DNA of 64,000 nucleotides from Nitrospirota bacterium (GTDB lineage: Bacteria; Nitrospirota; UBA9217), in the NCBI GenBank assembly GCA_035623825.1, contig DASPSR010000022.1, forward strand, positions 128,001 through 192,000, written 5' to 3'. The position numbers and the translations under genes were made by a program. This document shows, piece by piece, positions 52,139-62,755 of this stretch. The stretch's first letter is position 1. Each line of letters starts with the position of its first letter. The notes beneath the pieces were generated by a model. It was not told the origin of the DNA. It saw only the letters and a list, made by a program, of their open reading frames with translations, and made no database searches.

Positions 52139-52372
52139 ATCCCGCCCCTGAGCAATCGTGCAATACGGCCGTTCCGATACGCTGTAAAGTATACCATGAG
52201 CGAGATCAAGATGAAAGGGGATCCGGGCGGCTTGTCAATCACCGATAGAAATGTCCTACTTTATGGAATCCGATCCGATTCAGCTTTTGTTTATAGGTAA
52301 GCTTCCACGGATGTGTTACGGGCGGTGGATGTCCGGTGATCGCCTGAATACTGTGTGGTTGGCGGCATCTCT

Positions 52373-52843
52373 TCAGATACGGGTGCTGAACGAGGCAACG
52401 TGAGGCAGCGTAAGGCGTTCGAAATCTGTATAATGCATTCGGACAGCCTCATAGTGCGTACCGGCGTTGAAAGTGATATATTCGTCCGCCTTGAGACTCT
52501 CATCAACCCAAGTCTCGAGGCCGGCCAAGTTTCCGAAGGGCGGCATGGCCCCAATCTCGGATTCAGGAAACAGCGTCTTGATTTCATTCTCGGTGGCGAT
52601 GGCTAGGGACGCTGTGCTCATCAGCGATCGAAGCGAAGAAAGGTCTATATTACGGGTTGCGGGGAGCACGGCCATGCGGTACGACTCATCAGCTTTGATG
52701 ATGACCACCTTCACGAGTTCCTTCCCGGGTACGTGTAGTGCCTGTGCGAGCTGCTGAGCAGTGTACACCTCTTCATGGAGCAGAACTTTGTAGAGGACGT
52801 TGTTCTGGTCGAGATACTGCTTGATCTTTGCGAGGGTATTCAT
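52373..52843 (-). CDS. YbaK/EbsC-family aminoacyl-tRNA editing domain protein
   Basis: LVKVV, GAMPPFG, VDESL, FNAGTH. Confidence 0.88.
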   Translation of the reverse strand: MNTLAKIKQYLDQNNVLYKVLLHEEVYTAQQLAQALHVPGKELVKVVIIKADESYRMAVLPATRNIDLSSLRSLMSTASLAIATENEIKTLFPESEIGAMPPFGNLAGLETWVDESLKADEYITFNAGTHYEAVRMHYTDFERLTLPHVASFSTRI

Positions 52844-52940
52844 GGTGCATCCTGCGGAACAAACCGTGGTCGGTGCGTCTAGTATATCGAATGGGCGTCA
52901 ATTGTCAATGAATAAATGCTTTTCCTGTTCCAAAAAACGC

Positions 52941-52974
52941 TTGCAATACCTCTGGGAAAAGGCGACAATGCGCC
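52941..52974 (+). promoter_or_regulatory. Promoter giving a probable leaderless mRNA for the GH3 gene
   Basis: TTGCAA-17-GACAAT then 5 nt to ATG 52975; no SD. Confidence 0.45.
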
Positions 52975-54537
52975 ATGCAAGCCCGATCGCTCAGAGAAGA
53001 TGTCTCACAGATGGTCATGCCGAGACTTGACGGATCAAAGCTCGGAGATCCCGAGTACAGCACGCAGGTGAGGGAACTCGTTCGTGACGGCATCGGGGGC
53101 TTTATCCTGTTCGGCGGAGATGTTGAGAGCACGCCGCGTTATCTTGGCGAGCTCCAGAAGCTGGCAGCGATTCCGATGCTGGTTGCATCGGACATAGAGC
53201 GGGGCCTTGGCCAGCAGCTTGACGGAGGGACCCGGTTCCCCAGCCAGCGCGCAGTGGCTTCAGCAATCAATCGTCGGTCGAAAAAAGACGCTGAGCTCCT
53301 CGACAAGATGCTCGACGCCATCCGGATCGAGACGCGGGCCGCCGGAATCCAGGCGGTATTCGCTCCGGTCGTTGACGTGAACAATAATCCGGACAACCCG
53401 ATCATCTGCACACGGGCATTCGGGGACGATCCGCAGGTGGTGGAGTGGTTCGGTTCACGGTACATCAAGAGATTTCAGAGGCCCACGTCTAAGAACAGGA
53501 TCGAACTGCTTGCCTGTGCGAAGCATTTCCCGGGTCACGGAGACACAGATCAGGATTCACATTCTGTGCTGCCCGTGATACGGGCGGATAAGCCGAGGCT
53601 GAACCGGGTTGAACTTCCGCCATTCCGGGAAGCAGTAAAGGACGGCGTCGGCATGGTCATGGTGGCGCACCTGCTCGTCCCGGCGCTCGATCCCACAAAG
53701 CCTACGACATTCTCCAAAAAGACGGTGACCGCCCTGCTCCGAGAGGGCATGGAATTTGAGGGACTGATCGTATCCGACGCGCTCGACATGGGCGCTCTCG
53801 CCGGTGAACTTTCCCCGGGAGAGGTCGCCGTGCGCACCGTCGAAGCGGGGATGGATATCCTGCTCCACCCACGGGACGCCCGCTCCACGGTGGATGCAGT
53901 GGTTTCAGCCGTTGAACAGGGGAGGCTGACCAGGCAGAGGATCGCCGAATCCGTCGAGCGGATTTTGGCGGCAAAGAGGAGATTGGGCCAGCTTGACCGA
54001 GAGCAGCCGGTTGCACCGCGGATCGATTATGCAAAGCATCGCCAGATTGCCGAAGAAATAGGGCGCAAGGCGCTACGCATCATTTCGGGGAGCAAAAGCG
54101 CCCTCCCTCTTGACCATTCCGGTGGAGTGGCGTGCTTCATTCTTGACGACGACAACACGCGGGATTCGGGCGACACCTTTATTCATGAGCTGAAGGTGCG
54201 GGTGAGAGACCTTTCAGTGATCGTTCTAACGTCCGATTCAGGCATGCCGGCATCGCTGGTACATGACAGCATTCACGGAGCTGGAGCCGTTATCTTAGCA
54301 TTCTTTTCTAAAATCTCCGCTTCCAAAGGCCGTTCGGGTATAAGCGGCGGGCTCAGGGACATGGCCATGGATATCCTGCGCACGGCAAAATCGGCAAAGG
54401 GAAGAGTCATCGTGATATCCTTTGATAGTCCCTATATCCTCGATCCTTTCAGGGATTCCGATCTCCTTATCGCCGCCTACGACAGAACGGACCAGATCCA
54501 GCGTGCAGCGGCTGATCTGGTGGCGGGACAGCGATAA
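52975..54537 (+). CDS. nagZ: GH3 beta-N-acetylglucosaminidase (two-domain NagZ-like)
   Basis: DIERG, APVVD, KHFPGHGDTDQDSH, MVAH, SDALDM. Confidence 0.88.
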   Translation: MQARSLREDVSQMVMPRLDGSKLGDPEYSTQVRELVRDGIGGFILFGGDVESTPRYLGELQKLAAIPMLVASDIERGLGQQLDGGTRFPSQRAVASAINRRSKKDAELLDKMLDAIRIETRAAGIQAVFAPVVDVNNNPDNPIICTRAFGDDPQVVEWFGSRYIKRFQRPTSKNRIELLACAKHFPGHGDTDQDSHSVLPVIRADKPRLNRVELPPFREAVKDGVGMVMVAHLLVPALDPTKPTTFSKKTVTALLREGMEFEGLIVSDALDMGALAGELSPGEVAVRTVEAGMDILLHPRDARSTVDAVVSAVEQGRLTRQRIAESVERILAAKRRLGQLDREQPVAPRIDYAKHRQIAEEIGRKALRIISGSKSALPLDHSGGVACFILDDDNTRDSGDTFIHELKVRVRDLSVIVLTSDSGMPASLVHDSIHGAGAVILAFFSKISASKGRSGISGGLRDMAMDILRTAKSAKGRVIVISFDSPYILDPFRDSDLLIAAYDRTDQIQRAAADLVAGQR

Positions 54538-54688
54538 GGAGGGGCAAGGGTTCAGATTCAGAGAAACAGCTTGAGAATATGCGAGAGATAATCGAGATAG
54601 TAAACGAAGGCACACCGTCCTTTGTCGACGCCTTGATCCCGGATTCACGTCGACATCAGGTTCCTCCTCCTTGACGGGGACTGCGTGA

Positions 54689-56245
54689 TCAGTTTTTTGC
54701 TGGATTATTGTCCACGACCTTTTCTTCTCCATCCCATCCGCCACCTAGGGAGACAAAAAGGGCGACAGTGTCCTGATAGCGCTGGGCTTGTGCCTGGAGA
54801 AGGCCGATCTTGGCCTGTTGATACTGGTTGTTCGCGATGAGGACCTGGACATAGTTTGCCGTGCCCGCCTGGTAATTTGCCAGTATCAGCCGCAGCGCTT
54901 CCTCTGCTGAACTGAACGCTAGGGACTGCGCCTGCACCAACTCGGCGTCATGTTCCAGCGCCCGCAGGGTATCGGCAACCTGGGCAAAGGCGCTGAGGAC
55001 GGTCTGACGGTAGTTAGCCAAGGACACCTGATAGGAATCGATAGCGGCCTTTCGTTCGAACCATAGTGTCCCGCCGTGGAACAGGGGAGCGGTGACGTTT
55101 GCCCCCAGATTCCAGAAGTTGCTGTTGCCATTAAAAAGTTTACTGACAGTATTGTTTCCGACACCGTAGGCGCCGTTCAAAGTAAAGCTAGGGAATAGCG
55201 CTGCGGTGGCAACGCCGATTTCGGCGCTGGCACTGTGGAGCTGGGCCTCGGCAGCGAGAATGTCGGGGCGCTGGCGAACGAACCGCGAGGGCAACGTTAT
55301 CGGCAACTCGCCGGGCAGCGTCAGATCCGACCATTCGACCTCCGGCGGAGTCCACTCCGCCGGCGTGCGGCCTGCCAGTGTGGCAAGCAAGTGGTCGGTC
55401 TGGTTGAGCTTTTGCTGGAGCGGAGGGAGGGTTGCTTCAAGTGTTGCAAGCTGGCTTTGGAGGCTTAACAAGTCCGAGTAAGGGATTAAGCCGGCCTGAG
55501 CCCGCGCGTCAGTGATCTTTATTTGATCTCGCTGGAAGCTGATGATCTGCTCGGTTGCCTTGATCTGCTCTTGATAGCCCGCCCGCGCTATTATTGCGTT
55601 AACGACATTGCCAGAGAGGGCTATGTATGTTGCCATGACCGTTGCATGTTGAAAATCCACCTGGGCGCCGAGACTTTCCACAGCGCGGCGCTCCCCGCCG
55701 AATACATCCAGGGCATAGCTGACCGAAGCAGAGAGGGTGAACAGATTAAAAATGCTGCTGGGATTAAATCCTCCAGTGAGGGCCGGAGAGGATTTTTGCC
55801 GAGATGCTCCCAGCCCGGCATTCAATTGCGGGTAAAATACACCATAGCCCGCGCGGAGAAGATCCTGGCTTTGGCGCAGATTGGCTTGCGCCGCCTGCAT
55901 GCTCTGGTTGTTCGATATGGCCTCTTTAACGACGTTGTCGAGCCTGGGGGAGTTAAAAAGCCGCCACCAGTCCGAAATGATCTCGGCACCCTGCTCAAAG
56001 TGCTGCGCCTTGCCGTCCGCGGGCACGGTCTCGGCCGGGATTGTCCCGGTAGTGTAGCTCTCGACCGACGGCGGTTTGGGACGCTCGAAATTAGGCCCCA
56101 CGGCGCAGCCGAGCATGCTGCATAGCAATACGGCGCACAGTCCCGTGAGTCGAGGCTTCTCCGCTCTCCTGGTGCTGATCGTTTTCGCTGCTTCCGAACC
56201 GCATGTCAGTTTTTCGTGATGTAATGACATTGACTTTTCTCTCAC
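54689..56245 (-). CDS. Outer membrane efflux lipoprotein (NodT/OprM family)
   Basis: MLGCAVGPNF lipobox, WW..F, QRPDILAAE, ALFVSLGGGW. Confidence 0.92.
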   Translation of the reverse strand: MREKSMSLHHEKLTCGSEAAKTISTRRAEKPRLTGLCAVLLCSMLGCAVGPNFERPKPPSVESYTTGTIPAETVPADGKAQHFEQGAEIISDWWRLFNSPRLDNVVKEAISNNQSMQAAQANLRQSQDLLRAGYGVFYPQLNAGLGASRQKSSPALTGGFNPSSIFNLFTLSASVSYALDVFGGERRAVESLGAQVDFQHATVMATYIALSGNVVNAIIARAGYQEQIKATEQIISFQRDQIKITDARAQAGLIPYSDLLSLQSQLATLEATLPPLQQKLNQTDHLLATLAGRTPAEWTPPEVEWSDLTLPGELPITLPSRFVRQRPDILAAEAQLHSASAEIGVATAALFPSFTLNGAYGVGNNTVSKLFNGNSNFWNLGANVTAPLFHGGTLWFERKAAIDSYQVSLANYRQTVLSAFAQVADTLRALEHDAELVQAQSLAFSSAEEALRLILANYQAGTANYVQVLIANNQYQQAKIGLLQAQAQRYQDTVALFVSLGGGWDGEEKVVDNNPAKN

Positions 56246-56260
56246 GATCTTTCTTCGATG

Positions 56261-57223
56261 TCACTGCTGAGTCCCGGTGCTTTTTGTCTCTATCTCTGTT
56301 CCTTTAATATAGACATCTACCAATTGGCCCGGATAAACATTAACATCTCTTGGCTTCTTGAACCTGAACAGTACCGGCAAAACTCTTACATCCACTCTTT
56401 CAGTTCTTTCGCTTGATAACTCGACTTTAGGCGATACGTAAGGCTGAACACGCACGAATTCAAGGGGAATGTTGGTATTCGTGCCCCGAATCAGCATTTG
56501 TGCCTGCATTTGTGAAGCTGGAGGCAACCTGGATATGAGTATTTCATCAATGTAGCATCTGACGCCGATATAGGTCTGTGAACTACCCATAACAATGACG
56601 GGTGTAAATCCCTGCGTATAGGTATCGTAAGTGCCTTGGGCGGATATGTAACTACCGACCGCGGTATTGATTGAAAGGATAACACCGTCTTCAGGCGCCC
56701 TTATTGTGTATTTGGACAGCAACGTTCGGGCGAGTTCGTACTGTTTAATCGCTACTTCGACGTTTGCTTTTGCAACTTTGACAGCGTTTTCCGCGTTATC
56801 CAGCTCGAGCTGACTCACGGATTTCGGGTTCAGTTCGTATGATTTCCTCTGTTTGTCCAGTTGGTCCTGCGCGCTCTTGAAATTTGCGTTCGCGAGATCT
56901 ATCAGCGCCTTCTGCTGCTCGACGGTTGCCCTTTGAACGGAGTCATCGATCAGGATCAGCGCAGTACCTTTGTTGATCATCTTTCCTTCGGAAACGGGGA
57001 TTTTTATGATGGTTCCCGTTACTTCAGGGTATATGTTGATATTTGCTCCGCTGTTCTGATAGCTTTCGATGATGCCGTTTGCGTAGACGCCCTTGGTATA
57101 GGGATTGGAAGCCGGCGTGAACGCCGGAGGCTGGGGCTTTTTCTCCAGGCTGAATATGTAGGCGCTCACCAGGCCGGCTAACAGGCCGATGACAGCAAGG
57201 ATGAATATGAGCTTATTCCTCAC
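56261..57223 (-). CDS. Periplasmic adaptor / membrane fusion protein (HlyD family)
   Basis: N-terminal TM anchor, lipoyl-like segment, IRAPEDG, YPGQLVDVYI. Confidence 0.88.
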   Translation of the reverse strand: MRNKLIFILAVIGLLAGLVSAYIFSLEKKPQPPAFTPASNPYTKGVYANGIIESYQNSGANINIYPEVTGTIIKIPVSEGKMINKGTALILIDDSVQRATVEQQKALIDLANANFKSAQDQLDKQRKSYELNPKSVSQLELDNAENAVKVAKANVEVAIKQYELARTLLSKYTIRAPEDGVILSINTAVGSYISAQGTYDTYTQGFTPVIVMGSSQTYIGVRCYIDEILISRLPPASQMQAQMLIRGTNTNIPLEFVRVQPYVSPKVELSSERTERVDVRVLPVLFRFKKPRDVNVYPGQLVDVYIKGTEIETKSTGTQQ

Positions 57224-57917
57224 GTGGTCCTCCCTTTGCGATGCCGGTTATCCTGCCGTCCTCCATTCTCATGATCCTGTCGGCGTATTCGAATATCCTG
57301 CTGTCGTGGGTAACGATGATGATGCACCGGTTCTCGTTCAAAATGTTCTTCTTGACAAAATCCACGATCCGCCTGCCGGTGTCCCCGTCCAGAGAAGCGG
57401 TTGGTTCGTCGAATATTAGGATATCGGGACCGCTCGCGATCGCTCTTGCGATCGCCACCCGCTGCTGCTCCCCTCCGCTCAATTTGACCGGTTGCAGAAA
57501 TGCGCGATCCTTGATCCCCACGATGTCAAGATACTCCATGGCCTTGTTCATGGATTCAGTCCAGTCCCGTTTTTTCAGGATAAGGGGGATCGCCACGTTC
57601 TCGACCGTCATCAGTCGCGGAAAGAGGTGGTAATCCTGGAACACGAATCCTACCTTGTTCAATCTGAAATCGGCGATCTCATCGCCCGTCATGCTCCAGA
57701 TATCCTGGTCCTCAACGAGGACCGAACCTGAATTTGGCCTGAGAATCCCCGAAATCAGGCTCAACAAGGTCGTCTTGCCGCTTCCCGACGGGCCTTCGAT
57801 ATAGAGCATTTCTCCAAAGAAGGCATCAAAACTGACGCCCCGTACAGCATACGTTTTCGCTTCTCCTTCGCCGAACCATTTGATCAATTCCTGGGCCTTC
57901 ACCGCCAAACGGGCCAT
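57213..57917 (-). CDS. ABC exporter ATP-binding protein (LolD/DevA-like)
   Basis: GPSGSGKT, LSGGEQQRVAIARA, DEPTASLD, VTHD. Confidence 0.93.
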   Translation of the reverse strand: MARLAVKAQELIKWFGEGEAKTYAVRGVSFDAFFGEMLYIEGPSGSGKTTLLSLISGILRPNSGSVLVEDQDIWSMTGDEIADFRLNKVGFVFQDYHLFPRLMTVENVAIPLILKKRDWTESMNKAMEYLDIVGIKDRAFLQPVKLSGGEQQRVAIARAIASGPDILIFDEPTASLDGDTGRRIVDFVKKNILNENRCIIIVTHDSRIFEYADRIMRMEDGRITGIAKGGPREE

Positions 57918-57920
57918 ATA

Positions 57921-59057
57921 TTACCCTCTGAAGATATCGAAAGGCTCTATCCTGAGTACTTTCCTGACGCCGATATAGCTCGAAATGCCTGCAATGATCA
58001 CGACCATGATAAAGGCGAAAACGAGATTTGGGTACATTATCCTGGCTGCGTAACTTGGCAGCCTTAGTCTTGCCATCGTGATCACGAGGGAGGCAAGACC
58101 TATGCCCAGGCCGTAGCCCGTAAGGGAGGTGAACGTCGCCTGAAACAGGATCATGAAGACCAACTCCTTCCCCTTTGCCCCAATTGCCTTTAAAGCGCCG
58201 AACTTCTCCAGGTTCTCCAGGATGAACGTGTAAAAGGTCTGGCCCGAAATGGACAGGCCAACGATGAAACTAATGATCGTCATGATGAGCACATTGGTTC
58301 CGAGTCCCGTCTGATATTTATAAAACGTGGATGTTTTCTGGATGAACTCGTCTTTTGTCAGAGCCTCGTATCCAAGCTTCGCCACTTGCTTCTTGATGTA
58401 CGGCACTGCAGCGGTGCTCTTCGGATCGACTAGAATAAAAGCGGCGGTAAATCTTGTGGAGGGTATATAACTGATGGCCCTGTTGAACGTGGTGTAGAGG
58501 GTTGGCACGCCAAACAATCCGCTGGTCGTGACTTTTGCAATGCCTACGATGACTCCCCTGTGATCGTTGATCTCAAATTCGGTGCCAACCCGGGGATTAC
58601 CGAGCTTGGGAAATTCGGCGTCCTTGACGACGACAAATGCATTTTCCGCGTAGATGTCCTCGATATTGCCTTCGATAAGCTCAGGCCTTCCATACAGGCT
58701 GGCGTCATCCAGGCCGAGGACCGTCACTGATTGATAGACTCCGCTGCGCAGCTTCACGAGAGCCCCGCCCGAATACAACGGTACCGCGTATTTGACGCCA
58801 TCAATGCTCCTGACCGCGTCCAACACGTAATCCGGCATCGGGATACTGTTCACCGGGGTATTGACCGCCGGGTCCATCACCCAGAGCTGGGCGCCCACGT
58901 TGAGGACCGTGGCAGATGACCGGTGCAGGATGCCGGAGAACATCGAGGTCATCATGACCATCAAAAAGACCGCGAACGTTATGCCGACAAGCAGGGCGGC
59001 GAATTTCCCCTTGTCATTTACGAGAAGCTTGTATGCGATTCTCAGGATTCCCTTCAA
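57921..59057 (-). CDS. ABC exporter permease (MacB/FtsX/DevC-like)
   Basis: GITFAVFLM TM, periplasmic domain, FGALKAIGA, P..IFR end; TTG start. Confidence 0.88.
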   Translation of the reverse strand: MKGILRIAYKLLVNDKGKFAALLVGITFAVFLMVMMTSMFSGILHRSSATVLNVGAQLWVMDPAVNTPVNSIPMPDYVLDAVRSIDGVKYAVPLYSGGALVKLRSGVYQSVTVLGLDDASLYGRPELIEGNIEDIYAENAFVVVKDAEFPKLGNPRVGTEFEINDHRGVIVGIAKVTTSGLFGVPTLYTTFNRAISYIPSTRFTAAFILVDPKSTAAVPYIKKQVAKLGYEALTKDEFIQKTSTFYKYQTGLGTNVLIMTIISFIVGLSISGQTFYTFILENLEKFGALKAIGAKGKELVFMILFQATFTSLTGYGLGIGLASLVITMARLRLPSYAARIMYPNLVFAFIMVVIIAGISSYIGVRKVLRIEPFDIFRG

Positions 59058-59588
59058 TGCCCTTTACCTATTTCATTAAACCAGTTGAACTATGCAAGCT
59101 GCGACAGTCTTTTAATGATCAAGTGAATACCCCTGCGATCTAGTCCCCGAATATGGAAGTGGAAGATTCTCGCAACTTTTCGGCTCTGAACTGCCTAAGG
59201 AGAATATATGCCTTTAAAATGAACCTTCGGCAGCTCTGCCATCTTGATGCCTTAAAGCCCCCGGGATTCTGCTATTTCCCATGAAGAATGCGGCTTATCA
59301 AGATTTAACTATATTCAATCATGGATATGAAAAGTTGTCAATGTCCAGAATTTGCAACTTTTCGCCCTGATGCAGCGTAGCTCAGCCGGGTGAGAGGAAA
59401 ACGGACGTACGAAGAACACGATAAGGATATTCCCGAGGCCTGGAGTGGTTTTTCGAGCAATATTCCAGAGCACTTGCAGCGAAGACCATTGTTCTATAGC
59501 ATGGTGTGCGCGCTTTCAATAGTTCATCAGATTCATGTCTACAAAAAAATCATTAGCGGGCACTGCGCATCTTCCGTGAGCCTGGAAA

Positions 59589-60155
59589 TTACTCCCTTTT
59601 GCCGATTGAAAATGCCTTGCCGATGCGCTCGCCGACGCCGTAATAGGCGCCTTGCCCCGCGTCAAAAATGAGTGGCCTGACCATCAGGATGTCCACCAGT
59701 CCCTTTTCGCCGAGCGCCGACTCTTCGGCCTTGATGTCCGCGATCTCGCCGATGAATTGCGTATGAAGCCCGATTTCCAGAGTATGGAGCACCCTGCACT
59801 CGATCACAACGGGGAATTCTTTTATGTATGGAGCGTCGACCAGCTCGCTTCGGACAGGGGTCAGCTTCGTCACGGCAAACTTATCGATATTTCTTCCCGA
59901 AACGGTTCCGATATAGTCGACCTCTTTCACCATCGCAGCAGAAGGTATGTTCACGGTGTACGCTCTGCGCTCCTTGATGGATCCGTACGTATAAGTCGCC
60001 TTGCGCAAGGAAACAGTGACGCACGGAGGTTGCGAGCAGCAGATTCCACCCCATGCTATGGTCATGATGTTCGGTTTGCCCTGAGCGTCATAGCTTCCGA
60101 CAACCCAAACGGGCGCAGGCTGAGCGAGCGTTTTGGCACCCAACGACTTTTTCAC
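59589..60155 (-). CDS. Flavin reductase-like protein (flavoredoxin)
   Basis: [48 protein letters not shown]. Confidence 0.88.
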   Translation of the reverse strand: MKKSLGAKTLAQPAPVWVVGSYDAQGKPNIMTIAWGGICCSQPPCVTVSLRKATYTYGSIKERRAYTVNIPSAAMVKEVDYIGTVSGRNIDKFAVTKLTPVRSELVDAPYIKEFPVVIECRVLHTLEIGLHTQFIGEIADIKAEESALGEKGLVDILMVRPLIFDAGQGAYYGVGERIGKAFSIGKRE

Positions 60156-60194
60156 GGCAACCTCCTCCTTGTCAATGCGAATTGGCGGCGGTCG

Positions 60195-60722
60195 TTACTT
60201 TGTTACTTTGACCTCCGCAATATACGGCAGATTCCTGTACTGCTCCGCACAGTCCACGCCGTAGCCCACCACGAACTTGTCCGGAATTTCAAAACCCTTG
60301 TACGCGATCGGCACCTCGACTGCACGCCGGGGCTTCTTGTCCACCAGGACAACCGCTTCGATGCCTAAAGGCCCTTTTCCCTTAAACTTCTTGAATAGGC
60401 AGTCCAGCGTTTCCCCCGTATCTATGATTGTATCGACGAGGAGAACGTATTTACCCCTGATATCGGTCTCGATGTCTTTGGTGACGACGATGTCACGTGA
60501 CGGCACTGTCGAAAGACCGTAGCTCGCGGCACGAACAAAATCGATCACAACCGGTATCGAAAGGCAGCGCATGAGGTCCGCCATGAACACGATGGCTCCC
60601 TTCAGGATGCCCACGAGCACAAGGTCCTTTCCTGCGTAGTCGCTCGATATCCGATCTGCAAGTTCCCTTACCTTTTCTGAGATAGCCTGTTCATCGAACA
60701 GTATTTCCCGTATTTCGATCAT
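60195..60722 (-). CDS. hpt: Hypoxanthine phosphoribosyltransferase
   Basis: GILKGA, SY, VLLVDTIIDTGETL, FVVGYG.D...RNLP. Confidence 0.92.
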   Translation of the reverse strand: MIEIREILFDEQAISEKVRELADRISSDYAGKDLVLVGILKGAIVFMADLMRCLSIPVVIDFVRAASYGLSTVPSRDIVVTKDIETDIRGKYVLLVDTIIDTGETLDCLFKKFKGKGPLGIEAVVLVDKKPRRAVEVPIAYKGFEIPDKFVVGYGVDCAEQYRNLPYIAEVKVTK

Positions 60723-60809
60723 GTTCCTTCACTTCGATTGAGGCCGGATTAAAAGGATTAGTGGCAATCAATGCGAAAAATGATCACCTTTTCACAACGT
60801 TAGAACAGC

Positions 60810-62519
60810 TTATACAAAGAGATCCACAATCTTGAACCGGTTCACATCCACGAGGCCCTTGTCTGTCAGCTTCAGTTCCGGGATTACCGGTAGGGCCAGG
60901 AACGAGAGTATCCCGAACGGGTGCTTGATCTTTACTCCCAACCTTTTCACTGCTTCCTCGACCTTCACCAGATTCTCGACAACGTAATCCAGCGGTCTGT
61001 CGGACATGAGCCCTGCCACCGGCAATGGGATCTCCGCTAGTACTTTCCTCTTGTTAACGACAACCAGCCCGCCTTGGAGTTTTCTGATCTCCGATACGGC
61101 CACAAGGATATCATCGTCGCTTGCACCAACCGCAATGAGATTGTGTGAGTCGTGTGCAACGGTGCTGGCGATCGCGCCCGTCCGTATCCCGAATCCCTTG
61201 ACCAGGCCGAAGCCCATATTGCCGGTTGATTTGTGACGCTCGAGCACTATGAGCTTAAGAATGTCTCTCTCCGTGTCTGAGGAAATGTAACCGTTTCGTG
61301 ATGATACCGGCAGGATCGCATGTTTTGTCTCGATTTGGTCCGGAATGAGTTCGATGACCCTGGCCTTGCCGGTTTTCGTCCTGATCAGGAGATCCTGTTT
61401 CGTGACGGGGTTGATCTTGACCGTCCCCCTGGTCTGTTCGTGGTGTCTGCTCTCGCAGGGGGTCACGCAGATATCGCCCCTAGCGACGAGTTTCCCCTGC
61501 TTGAACACCATCTCGACCGTGAAATTCTTGAAGCCGTCTATGACGGCGACATCAGCAGCATATCCCGGCAGGATAGCGCCCTTGCGCATCAGCCCGAAGT
61601 GTCGCGCGGGGTTGATCGTTGCCATCTGGACCGCCGTTATGGGATTCACGCCCAAGCGGACGGCTTTTTTGATAAGCTGGTTGATGCTTCCATTCTTAAG
61701 ATCGCCGGGTTGGAAATCGTCTGTCGCGAGGCAGAAAAACCGGGAATTGGCAGGGGTGACGGCAGGCAGCAGGGCCTCCATATCCTTGGCCGTTGACCCT
61801 TCCCGGATGAAAATCGTCATACCAAGCCGGACCTTTTCCCTCACTTCGGCAACTGAAGTGCATTCGTGATCTGACGTCATGCCAGCGCCGATGTATGCCG
61901 AGAGCTCCTTGCCAGAAAGTCCGGGCGCATGGCCATCTACCAAGGTATCCCTGAAGCGGTTCAATTTTCGCAGAACGACGGTGTCGCCTGACAGGACCCC
62001 CGGGTAATTCATCATTTCCGCCAGCCCCAGAACGCGCTGATGCTTGAGGAACGGCAGGAGATCTCCCGCCGTAAGCCGTGCGCCAGAGGTTTCGAGAGGC
62101 GTTGCAGGAACGCATGAGGGGAGCATAAAATAGAAGTCGAGGGGCAGGTCCTGGCTGGCCTTGAGGATGTAAATGATACCTTTTTTCCCGAGGACATTGG
62201 CGATCTCATGCGGATCGGCGATCACGGCCGTGGTGCCGTGGGGCAACGCGGCTTTTGCGAATTCGGCCGGCGTGAGCATGGAGCTTTCGAGGTGGACATG
62301 GCTGTCGATCAGACCGGGCAGGATCAGTTTTGAGCTGATGTCGATGACCGTTTTCCCTTCGTATTCGCCGAGTCCGGCAATGCGCCCCTGATGGATCGCG
62401 ACATCGGCCCTGTATATCTCCCCCGAGAAGACGTTCACGACCCGCCCGCCACTCAGGACAAGGTCTGCCTTCCTGATGCCGCGCGCGACGGCTATCCTGT
62501 CTTTGAGGTCGTTTTCCAT
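60810..62519 (-). CDS. ade: Adenine deaminase
   Basis: PGLIDSHVHLESS, DPHEIANV, PSCVP, DGHAP, SDHEC, ATDD, VAHDSHN, ALPVIPELK. Confidence 0.95.
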   Translation of the reverse strand: MENDLKDRIAVARGIRKADLVLSGGRVVNVFSGEIYRADVAIHQGRIAGLGEYEGKTVIDISSKLILPGLIDSHVHLESSMLTPAEFAKAALPHGTTAVIADPHEIANVLGKKGIIYILKASQDLPLDFYFMLPSCVPATPLETSGARLTAGDLLPFLKHQRVLGLAEMMNYPGVLSGDTVVLRKLNRFRDTLVDGHAPGLSGKELSAYIGAGMTSDHECTSVAEVREKVRLGMTIFIREGSTAKDMEALLPAVTPANSRFFCLATDDFQPGDLKNGSINQLIKKAVRLGVNPITAVQMATINPARHFGLMRKGAILPGYAADVAVIDGFKNFTVEMVFKQGKLVARGDICVTPCESRHHEQTRGTVKINPVTKQDLLIRTKTGKARVIELIPDQIETKHAILPVSSRNGYISSDTERDILKLIVLERHKSTGNMGFGLVKGFGIRTGAIASTVAHDSHNLIAVGASDDDILVAVSEIRKLQGGLVVVNKRKVLAEIPLPVAGLMSDRPLDYVVENLVKVEEAVKRLGVKIKHPFGILSFLALPVIPELKLTDKGLVDVNRFKIVDLFV

Positions 62520-62755
62520 AAGTTCCTTGATTTACAAAGAAATGGGGATAGATACATGCCGAACAGACCCCTGTTTTTCGTCATCGTAAAAATCATGATT
62601 ACCCGGAAATGTTGGTCCAACATTGATCTGTAAAGATCATATCAAAGATCACATAAATCAGCATCGAAGGTATTGATTTCATATGCGGCCTACTTGAAAA
62701 AGATACAGCATATTGTTAAAATTGTAAAGGGAGACAATATGGGGAGGTGAATGCC

